Assembly: GCA_032123335.1 (NCBI GenBank)
Contig: JAQBFN010000008.1
Location: forward strand, 1 to 43,518
From: Candidatus Micrarchaeota archaeon
Lineage (GTDB): Archaea > Micrarchaeota > Micrarchaeia > Anstonellales > Bilamarchaeaceae
DNA length: 43,518 bases
Direction of reading: 5' to 3'
The notes beneath the pieces were generated by a model. That model worked only from the letters and a program-made list of their open reading frames with translations. It ran no database searches and was not told the DNA's origin. Positions 36,003-43,518 of the stretch are shown piece by piece. How positions within the stretch are numbered: position 1 is the stretch's first letter; each line of letters begins with the position of its first letter. The translations under genes were made by a program, and so were the position numbers.

Positions 36003-38533
36003 CCTCCGTTTCCATAGTCTGAAATTGCATGCATAAAAGGCTCCGCATATTTTTCAAGAGAACTGGGGTCGTCCAGGCCCGGAACCCTTGACATCTCTTC
36101 TTTGTTGGTGGGTCTGTGTTTTGCAAGTTCACTTAGATATGAATCTGGGAAGATTGTATTAGGCGTACACCTATATATTGCGGCAAGTTCAGAGCGTAAT
36201 TTGTTTAGTTTTTTGAGTAAATCCTTTGTAGCATCAGTAATTTGTGTTTTTTCTTTTCTTGGAGAATTGTTTAACAGTTGGAGTATCTCTTTTCCGTACT
36301 TTGAGATTTTTGCTGGACCAAGACCGTGAATATTTTTAAGTTCTTCAAGGGAGCATGGGCGCTTTTGCACCAGTTCTTCAAGAGCGCGGTTGGTGAGAAC
36401 TACGTATGCAGGAACTGAGCGCTTTTTACTCATGGAAAAACGCCATTGTTTTAGGGATGTGGTAAGGTCCTGGGAGACTTCCTGAGAAATTGGAGGCATT
36501 TGGGAGGAAGCGGAGATTGGGTTTTTGGATTTAGGAAGAACTGGCGCAGAGTTATCCAATTCAATGATCCTGAGCATGGATTCAGTTATGAAGTGGGTAG
36601 GTTTTACGCTAATATGGGTTAGGTACAGTTGGGTTCTGGCCCTGCTCAGAGCCACATAAAAGAGCCTGCGCTCTTCCTCCTCCTTATCATACTCATCCGA
36701 TTTTACCATATCTATTATGGGGTGCTCGCTTGCTTTGCAGGGGAAATTCTGATTGCTGCAGCCGATTACAAAAACTACATCTGCTTCCATTCCTTTAATT
36801 GCGTGGATTGTTGCCAGGGTTATCCTGGAGTCCCGTATGTCGGGTTTAGCTTTTCGTTCGTCGCTTCTAACTCCATGTTTTATATTGCTAAGTTCCAGTT
36901 CTTCCGAGAGTTCGTTTAGTTGTTTGTTGGTTCGTGCAAGAACGAATACGCTTTGGGTTGGGTGTTTTTCACGCATTGTTTTTATTACGAATTCAAATTC
37001 CTTTTTTTCATTTTCAAGCTCTCTTAGGCACAGGCTGTTTTTTCCTTCTATTTGGGACTCTATATCTGCAATGCCCATATTTTTTATTGAGGAATTCATT
37101 AGATCTACTATTGGTTTTGTTGAGCGGTAATTTTTAGTCAGGGTGACTATTTCGCAGGTTTTGTATTTTTCTTCGAAGTCCAGGATGTGCCCCAGGTCTG
37201 AGCCCCTCCAGCCAAAAATGGATTGCCTGGGATCTCCCACACAAAAGAGGTTAGGGGGAGACAGCAGGCCTAAAAGTTCAGTTTGAGCAGAATTTACATC
37301 CTGGTATTCGTCTACAAGTATGTGCTCAAAAGTTGGAATTAGGTCTTTGTGTGCTTTGAATAGGGAGACCGCATCTACCAGTTGATCCGTGAAATCCCTG
37401 ATTCCGTGTTCCTGCATGTATTCTTCTATCTCCCTGCATACGTTGAATACTAATTGCGTACTTTCCGTATTGAGCACATTTTCTGAAAAAAAGGAACTTT
37501 TGGTTATCGTTTTTCCAATGGACTTGAAGTGGTCTCTTATGAAAAAACAATCGTTTATGAATATATATGAGAGTTGTTCCGGGGTTTTCCCCCGCATCTG
37601 GGAAGGAGTAAAGTAGCTCTGGACCGCATCATCCATTGTTCTTGCCAGATTTTTGAGAATTCTATTTACAATTGCAATTTTATCCCCGTAAGATATTACC
37701 CGCACCTCTCTCCCGTAGAAGAGATCACCGTGTTTCCTTAGGTTCTTTTCAGAAAAGGAATTGAAGGTTTCTATTGATACCTGGCCTAAGCCGTCTACCC
37801 TTGAGAGGCGAGTACTCATTTCTTTTCTTGCTTTGCGGGTAAAGGTAATTGCAAGGATCTTTTTTGGGTCAACTGAGCGTTTGGATACCAGGAATTCTAT
37901 TCTTTTTGTTAGCACTGTTGTTTTTCCTGAACCAGCACCGGCTACACAAAGAATGTGGTTATTTTCTGAGAGGATCGCTTTTTTTTGTTCCTGGTTAAAA
38001 GTGGATAAGAACCGATCAAATTTTTGAAAATTCTTTTTATCTTCGGGAGTTATCTGTGTTTCCACTTCTTTAAAATTAAATGAAAGTTTCTTTTTGTATA
38101 GGGTTGGTTGGCTTATTTCGATTTGCCCTCTTCCGGTTAGTTCCAATACTTTACTAAATGAATTGCGCTCAATTGGGCGCTGGGCCACTAAACCATTTAG
38201 TATGAGGCTATCGACCATTTGTTCTACTTCATTATCTTTAGTTGCAAGGCTTCCGAAATATTTCACCAGGTGAAGGGAATTTCTTTGTATAGATTTGTTG
38301 GAAGCATTTCCTTTTAGGAAATCGATCAGGAGTTTTTTTCCCATGCTGAAATATTTGTACATTCTTACCTGCCCAATTGCCTTTAGCACATAGAGGTAAT
38401 CCAGATTCGGTGCTTTTGAGCCTGAATTGTTGGGAGGGGCTGTTTTTGGGCCTGAGGGAAGTGTGCAGGAGACGCATTTTGTTCTATGCCGTACTGGTTT
38501 TTTGCATTTTTGGCAGAATTGTTTGTCGTGCAT
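35996..38533 (-). CDS. UvrD-like SF1 helicase with N-terminal RQC-like domain and two C-terminal HRDC domains
   Basis: AGAGSGKT, ITFTRKA, LVDEYQD, VGDPRQSIFGWRGS, NYRS, TIHAIKGME, EERRLFYVALSRA; HRDC LKQWR..VPAYVV..IHGLGPAKISKYG. Confidence 0.88.
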   Translation of the reverse strand: MHDKQFCQKCKKPVRHRTKCVSCTLPSGPKTAPPNNSGSKAPNLDYLYVLKAIGQVRMYKYFSMGKKLLIDFLKGNASNKSIQRNSLHLVKYFGSLATKDNEVEQMVDSLILNGLVAQRPIERNSFSKVLELTGRGQIEISQPTLYKKKLSFNFKEVETQITPEDKKNFQKFDRFLSTFNQEQKKAILSENNHILCVAGAGSGKTTVLTKRIEFLVSKRSVDPKKILAITFTRKARKEMSTRLSRVDGLGQVSIETFNSFSEKNLRKHGDLFYGREVRVISYGDKIAIVNRILKNLARTMDDAVQSYFTPSQMRGKTPEQLSYIFINDCFFIRDHFKSIGKTITKSSFFSENVLNTESTQLVFNVCREIEEYMQEHGIRDFTDQLVDAVSLFKAHKDLIPTFEHILVDEYQDVNSAQTELLGLLSPPNLFCVGDPRQSIFGWRGSDLGHILDFEEKYKTCEIVTLTKNYRSTKPIVDLMNSSIKNMGIADIESQIEGKNSLCLRELENEKKEFEFVIKTMREKHPTQSVFVLARTNKQLNELSEELELSNIKHGVRSDERKAKPDIRDSRITLATIHAIKGMEADVVFVIGCSNQNFPCKASEHPIIDMVKSDEYDKEEEERRLFYVALSRARTQLYLTHISVKPTHFITESMLRIIELDNSAPVLPKSKNPISASSQMPPISQEVSQDLTTSLKQWRFSMSKKRSVPAYVVLTNRALEELVQKRPCSLEELKNIHGLGPAKISKYGKEILQLLNNSPRKEKTQITDATKDLLKKLNKLRSELAAIYRCTPNTIFPDSYLSELAKHRPTNKEEMSRVPGLDDPSSLEKYAEPFMHAISDYGNGGC

Positions 38534-38596
38534 AGTATCAATAGCACTATGAGTAATCCGGGATATATAAACAAAAGGAGGGTGGGTTTCCGGTGT

Positions 38597-38665
38597 AGCA
38601 CTCAGAGCTCCAGTATCTCATCACTCCTGCATACTCAGGAAAACCTAGAAGAAGTCACTGAGCCC
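38597..38665 (-). ncRNA. Candidate box C/D sRNA overlapping the polB stop codon
   Basis: Minus strand reads CTGA-gtatgcagga-GTGATGA-gatactggagct-CTGA; only a weak upstream box C (GTGACTT). Confidence 0.45.
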
Positions 38666-41026
38666 CTTCTGCTTTCCCCCATGCTTCAATTCGTACTCAT
38701 CGTACCCAAGCTCCTTCAATATTTTCATCACCGAAGGCAAAACCTGGTTATCAATGTAATACGAGGGGTCATAATTATCTGCAAACTCAATCAATTCCGC
38801 CCTATCCGAGATGCTCTTCCCCTTCTTTGTTATTACATAAGATATAATGCTCCCCCGCCCAATTTTCTTTCCCCTCGCAATTCCCTTTTGTGTGGCAGAA
38901 AGCTCAGGGGATTTAATATCGTAATTCTTCGGGTCCTTCTTTAATTGAGTGTAAATCGCAACTTCTTCAAGCGGAACCTCTCCAGATTTTAGCCGAGCAA
39001 TAACATCCTTCACAATCTTCATCGCTTTCTCCTTGCTCCCATCTTTTAGAATTGCCTCAAGAACCGCCCTTTGCGTATCCCGTGCAACCCGGGACCAATC
39101 TCTCCGAACAAGCTCAAACCCGCGAATCTTTATGCTCCCATCCTCTGAAAGCATCGCATACTTCTTCTTCGCCCCGGTAGCCTCCTTCTGGTGCTTCTTG
39201 CTCACAAATACTCCGCGCGTATAGAAATCCTCAAGCTCCAGCTCCATCTTCCCGGGTAAATCCTTATTTACGGAATGCAGGAACGCAAGAGCCTCCTTCT
39301 TTCCCTTATCCCCAAGCAAAAGGAACACGGAATCCGTATCCATGTAAAGAACCCTGAATCCAGCCTCCTCAGCCTTCTTCTCAAGCTCCTTTATGTGCTG
39401 CCTGCCCCACGCAGTAACGCTCTCCGCACACTGCCGGTTATACCAGCGGGAGCGTGCATACCCAAGATACCCGTAGAACGAGTTTGCAAGAATCTTCAAA
39501 GCATATGAAGTGGCATAGGCTTTGTTGTATGCAGTGGAGCCCTTCTCCAGCCCCTTAAGCTTCATCTTTACCTTCATGCGCCTGTCTATCAGGCCCTCAA
39601 GAACATCCGGGATAAGCCCCACAGGCTCCTTCAGGAACTTCGCACCGGTAGGCGATTCAAAGCTCTCCCCTTTCTTATCCATGCGGTCAGGATCAATATT
39701 ATATGAGCAGATTATGCTCGGGTACAGCCCCCTGAAATCAAACACCACAATATTCTCATAAATCCCCGGCTCGGGCAACTTGACATAGGCCCCCTTAATC
39801 GGGTTCTTCATCCGCGCATTCACAGCAGAGCCCGAAGGCCTCGGGGGAACAATCATCCCCTTCCGGATAGCCTCACTCATCAGGAGAGATTCCACAAGCT
39901 GCCCTGAAGTGGCATAGGCAACATCAAAAAGCGGGAGCCGGCTCACCTCGCTTAGCTCCATCTGGATGGGCAGGATATGCTCCCCCAGCTCATAGGTAGA
40001 AGTGGCATCCATCAAAGAATACTCGCAAAGCTCATCCAGCTCCCCGTCGTCCCACATCTTCCAGATATCCTGGCGCTCGACCATCATCTTCTTCTTCCCA
40101 GTAACCGCAGCATACACGTTCTTCAACGTATAATCCCCGGTCTTAATCATCCCGGTGAACCCAAAGAAACGCACGGAAGGATACAAGTCTATATGGATTC
40201 TCCCGCGCACCTTTAGGGGCTGGATAAGGCCCATTTTCTTTGTTCTGTAGGATGAGCCATCCCTCCCTATTGCCAGGGAAATCTTGTTTCTTTGTGCCCT
40301 TTCCTTTAGGTAGGGAAGGTCAAAATTCGTGCTATTGTAAGCCATGAGGATATCCACATCATTCTCCTCGAGAACAGTGCAAAATCTCTCGATAACCTGT
40401 TTCTCCCCTTCCAGCGTTTCCACGAATTTCTTCCCGGGAACATCCTTGTAAGTAATTACCCCACTCTTCTTCTCAGTAGCGTAGCTAACCATAATCATTG
40501 GGTCCCTCGTCTCCCTGGAAGCACCCTCAGGATTATACGTTTCAATATCGAATGCAAGCCCCTTGAGCCGAGAGCCCCCGTTCCCCCCCACTTTAGTGAA
40601 TTCCTTGATAATCCGCCCCTTTCTCTCATAATGGATAATAGAGAGCGGCACAAGCCCAAGGTCCATCATCACCCTGCGCCCAAAGGGAATAGAATACTCA
40701 TAGCATGCAAAATCCAACTTATCTTCTATTACGGGAACATCCCGTGGAGCATTGCAAACCACCTTAAGGAACTTCTTTTTCTCCCCATGGAGCTCCCGCT
40801 CCACAACCTCAATTTTCTTAGGGGAAACAATCTCCCCATCCTTGGCCTTCGCAACCACACCCAGAATTTCCTCTTTTGCTGCAGAAGGAGCATCCACGTA
40901 AAAATACGGGTCGCATCTATAATATAATGTAGAAGCACACTTCCCCTTTACCTCGAGGCGTGCGTAAGTCTGCCCCTTCTTGATTACATAATCAACATTA
41001 AGCAGGACAGCCTTCTTTCTCACCAT
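38645..41026 (-). CDS. polB: Family B DNA polymerase
   Basis: Exo FDIET, YNSTNFD; pol FDFRGLYPSII, KILANSFYGY, YMDTDS, KKKYA, RGFELVRRDWS. Confidence 0.95.
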   Translation of the reverse strand: MVRKKAVLLNVDYVIKKGQTYARLEVKGKCASTLYYRCDPYFYVDAPSAAKEEILGVVAKAKDGEIVSPKKIEVVERELHGEKKKFLKVVCNAPRDVPVIEDKLDFACYEYSIPFGRRVMMDLGLVPLSIIHYERKGRIIKEFTKVGGNGGSRLKGLAFDIETYNPEGASRETRDPMIMVSYATEKKSGVITYKDVPGKKFVETLEGEKQVIERFCTVLEENDVDILMAYNSTNFDLPYLKERAQRNKISLAIGRDGSSYRTKKMGLIQPLKVRGRIHIDLYPSVRFFGFTGMIKTGDYTLKNVYAAVTGKKKMMVERQDIWKMWDDGELDELCEYSLMDATSTYELGEHILPIQMELSEVSRLPLFDVAYATSGQLVESLLMSEAIRKGMIVPPRPSGSAVNARMKNPIKGAYVKLPEPGIYENIVVFDFRGLYPSIICSYNIDPDRMDKKGESFESPTGAKFLKEPVGLIPDVLEGLIDRRMKVKMKLKGLEKGSTAYNKAYATSYALKILANSFYGYLGYARSRWYNRQCAESVTAWGRQHIKELEKKAEEAGFRVLYMDTDSVFLLLGDKGKKEALAFLHSVNKDLPGKMELELEDFYTRGVFVSKKHQKEATGAKKKYAMLSEDGSIKIRGFELVRRDWSRVARDTQRAVLEAILKDGSKEKAMKIVKDVIARLKSGEVPLEEVAIYTQLKKDPKNYDIKSPELSATQKGIARGKKIGRGSIISYVITKKGKSISDRAELIEFADNYDPSYYIDNQVLPSVMKILKELGYDEYELKHGGKQKGLSDFF

Positions 41027-41057
41027 TGGAAAAAGATAGAAGAGAAAAGATAAAAGG

Positions 41058-41807
41058 TTAGTAGCTGCCCTTTCTCAGGGCAAGCTCCTTGTCGATAAGC
41101 TCAGAAACAACGTCCCTCGGAATAAACCTTCTTCCGCTGATCTTTACATGGGGGATGCGGTTCCTGTCAAGCCTCCTCTCGAAAGCGTTCCTCTTTATTG
41201 TTACGCTTCTCTTGTGGAGTTCCTTGAGGGCCTCGCTTACAGAATAGTATTTCTTTGCAACGTGGCTCAGAGAATCAATGGCATCCTTCGGGATAAGCCT
41301 CTTTGTCCCAATCTTCAGGGAAGGAATGGAATCTTTTTCGACTCTTCCGATGAACGCACGATAATTAATATTTTTATTATACTTCCTATAAACTTCAAAC
41401 GCTTTTCGGACCGTATAGAACCTGTCGCTTATTCCAAGCATGTCGTCAAGGGACTGAATGGGGAGATATCTTTTCTTGCCGATTTTCACTGAGGGGATGC
41501 TTCTCCTTTCAATTCTTCCTCCGAAAGCCCTAAAGGAAATGTCCAAACCTTTTGACCTGAGGAATTCATATGCTTCTTGAATAGAATACAGACCTGCTTT
41601 ACTGAGTGCCTCATCATTGAGCTTTTTCCTGGAGCTCATTTCCTTGGCAGCTTCCATAACATTTTCTATGGATGTTGAGAGCTGGGTCTCCCAGCCTTCC
41701 CTTTCACCCTTAAGTTCACCCATGTCCAGAGACTTAAAAGTGTCAACTTTATCATCGTCAATTTTCTTGTTTATTACGATCCTTCTTCCCCTTGGCACAT
41801 TTTTCAC
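41058..41807 (-). CDS. Protein with three tandem excisionase/MerR-like (HTH_17) domains
   Basis: Three ~57-aa repeats Y[ST]xxxA...AF..R..R/K.xIPxxKI..[KR]R..P; start uncertain. Confidence 0.75.
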   Translation of the reverse strand: MKNVPRGRRIVINKKIDDDKVDTFKSLDMGELKGEREGWETQLSTSIENVMEAAKEMSSRKKLNDEALSKAGLYSIQEAYEFLRSKGLDISFRAFGGRIERRSIPSVKIGKKRYLPIQSLDDMLGISDRFYTVRKAFEVYRKYNKNINYRAFIGRVEKDSIPSLKIGTKRLIPKDAIDSLSHVAKKYYSVSEALKELHKRSVTIKRNAFERRLDRNRIPHVKISGRRFIPRDVVSELIDKELALRKGSY

Positions 41808-41863
41808 CTTTTTCCGTTTTTATTAACATTATTATTACGCCTAAAAGATTTATAAAGCTATCG

Positions 41864-43207
41864 TTACTCCTCCTCGGTCAGCCCTCGGACATAACTCCAC
41901 ACCGCATACGCAAGCACAACAACAACTACCACACCGACGATAATCAGCAGCGTATTATCCTCCGGTTCTGTGGGTGGCTGGTCTTCCCCCCCATTCGTCT
42001 CGTTCGTCGGAGGGATAATAACTCCATTCCCATCTTCGGGGGTCACTAGGTACTGCCCATTCACCGTATTCATGTTGCCTTCCATGTCATATGTTGTAAT
42101 TGTAAACCTCAGCAGTGTGTTTACCGGAGGCGTCGGCATTTCCACTATATATGAGCCACTGTCCACGTAAGGCACCGCATATTCTGTTACGCCTCCCAGG
42201 GTGTAGCTTACGGTTGTCTCATCCAGGTTCGGCCCGGTTGCATATGTTCCATAATCATACACAAAGAACCTTATTCTCAGATCCTCCCCATCCCTCTCCA
42301 CTTCCACATCTTTTATTTCAGGGGGAGTGAGGTCGAATGAAACCAGGTAATCCGTTTGCTGGACAAGGTCGATCTGGGGGAGCTTCTCCAGGGAGCCGTA
42401 GACAACTTTTACATACGGGTTCGTAAGCGCTATCTCTTCTATCTCCACGCCCGTCCCCTCATATTCCTGGTCCTCCACGAATATCTGCGCAACCAGTGGA
42501 TCTCCCTGGTCATCAACAACCTCCAGGTTCATCGAATACACTTTCGCATGCAGCGTATATGACATATCATCAGTTACTTCTATGTCCTGAGTAATCACCC
42601 CGCTCAGGTAGGGGACTGCAACCTCCACTGTCCCCATATTTACGATTATGTTTGCCTGCCCACTGTTGCTGGTGTTCAGGTACATCTCGTTAATCCTTAT
42701 CTGGGTGTTCGCGATGGGCGCCCCCAGCTTGTCCACAACCTTGAGGCTGAGCAGCCGCGCATTCTCAAACCTAACCGTAATCTCTGCAAAATGGTTTTCA
42801 GCCTCAATTTCCTTCTCCACAATTTTCCCGTCGTACTCTGCAGTAATGGTGACATCGCACTTTACCCTGTTATCAAAAACCTCAATATTTCGGATTGTTT
42901 CAGTTAATTTTCCATCCGCAGGAGTGTACCGGGGATTCGTAGTCACGTATCCCTTTCCCGTGGTCTGGTCTTTCTGGTATGTTATGGTAACTTTTGCATT
43001 TTCAATGGGCCGATATTTATAGTCGATAACCTTCATGTTTATGGTATCGGTAAATCCCGCTTCGCAGCTTGCTGCAAAAGCATCACTTGCAAAAAACAGT
43101 AATGCGAATATGAAAATTTTCTTCAAAAGTGAAAGCACGACCAATTTCTTCATGTTTTCCCTGTTCATGACCTTCTTCCACATGTTATCACATTTCATAA
43201 TCAACAT
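41864..43207 (-). CDS. Secreted multi-beta-sandwich protein with C-terminal TM anchor
   Basis: Signal-like segment, repeated VxD..xxP[IL].NA/AQ modules, C-terminal TM; start uncertain. Confidence 0.72.
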   Translation of the reverse strand: MLIMKCDNMWKKVMNRENMKKLVVLSLLKKIFIFALLFFASDAFAASCEAGFTDTINMKVIDYKYRPIENAKVTITYQKDQTTGKGYVTTNPRYTPADGKLTETIRNIEVFDNRVKCDVTITAEYDGKIVEKEIEAENHFAEITVRFENARLLSLKVVDKLGAPIANTQIRINEMYLNTSNSGQANIIVNMGTVEVAVPYLSGVITQDIEVTDDMSYTLHAKVYSMNLEVVDDQGDPLVAQIFVEDQEYEGTGVEIEEIALTNPYVKVVYGSLEKLPQIDLVQQTDYLVSFDLTPPEIKDVEVERDGEDLRIRFFVYDYGTYATGPNLDETTVSYTLGGVTEYAVPYVDSGSYIVEMPTPPVNTLLRFTITTYDMEGNMNTVNGQYLVTPEDGNGVIIPPTNETNGGEDQPPTEPEDNTLLIIVGVVVVVVLAYAVWSYVRGLTEEE

Positions 43208-43222
43208 TCCTCCTTTAAAACC

Positions 43223-43516
43223 TTACTCCGTGCCCTCAGCAGGCGCTTCTTCCTTTGGAGTTTCTGGTGCGGCGGGCGGAGGCTCCTGCGTTTCTTCCCC
43301 GGAGCCCTCCTCTTCCGGAGGGGCCTCATCCTGCTTCATCACAGTATAGGAGGAAACCTTCTCCTTCTCCTTGAGCTTCGCAATCCTCACACCCATTGTG
43401 TTCCTTCCGATGGTTGAGATGTCCTGTGCACCCAGCCTCACAATTCTTCCCCTGGAGCTCACCACGATAATCTCGTCCTCGTCGCTCACGGCTTTCACCC
43501 CAACGACGCTTCCGTT
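43223..43516 (-). CDS. gyrA: DNA gyrase subunit A, C-terminal fragment (gene begins beyond the window)
   Basis: Pinwheel blade IIVVSSRGRIVRL...ISTIGRNTMGVRIAKL and acidic tail; frame is open to the window edge. Confidence 0.85.
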   Translation of the reverse strand, partial: NGSVVGVKAVSDEDEIIVVSSRGRIVRLGAQDISTIGRNTMGVRIAKLKEKEKVSSYTVMKQDEAPPEEEGSGEETQEPPPAAPETPKEEAPAEGTE

Positions 43517-43518
43517 CC

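Noticed and set aside
1..43518. tRNA genes, transposases, inteins in PolB/NrdD, reverse transcriptase
   Set aside because: No cloverleaf, transposase or RT motifs noticed by eye; PolB and NrdD lengths leave no room for inteins.

Overview
Archaeal chromosomal segment, most consistent with a DPANN archaeon, probably Micrarchaeota-like. This is inferred from archaeal PolB, Rad50, Ogg, form III RuBisCO and DUF211/TIGR00267 together with gyrA and many Cys-rich lipoproteins. Main content: surface proteins, an nrdR-nrdD-nrdG operon, transporters, PckA, RuBisCO, superoxide reductase, rad50, an AT-richer helicase/nuclease pair, polB and the 3' end of gyrA. Highlights not shown by the ORF track: (1) a ~181-nt box C/D RNA (17281-17461) with a textbook terminal K-turn, whose D guide points to 16S C1402 and which carries further antisense blocks to helix 45 and the 16S 3' end; (2) an exact duplication of its last 23 nt 1.3 kb downstream, bracketing a probable DGR target gene, which suggests integration into a C/D sRNA gene; (3) a split class III RNR with the glycyl-radical loop on a separate 56-aa ORF, under tandem NrdR boxes that flank a TATA-like element; (4) a small secreted protein and a giant beta-helix protein that share a C-terminal domain, suggesting a pilin/tip-adhesin filament system. 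All calls come from reading motifs by eye; no searches were run.
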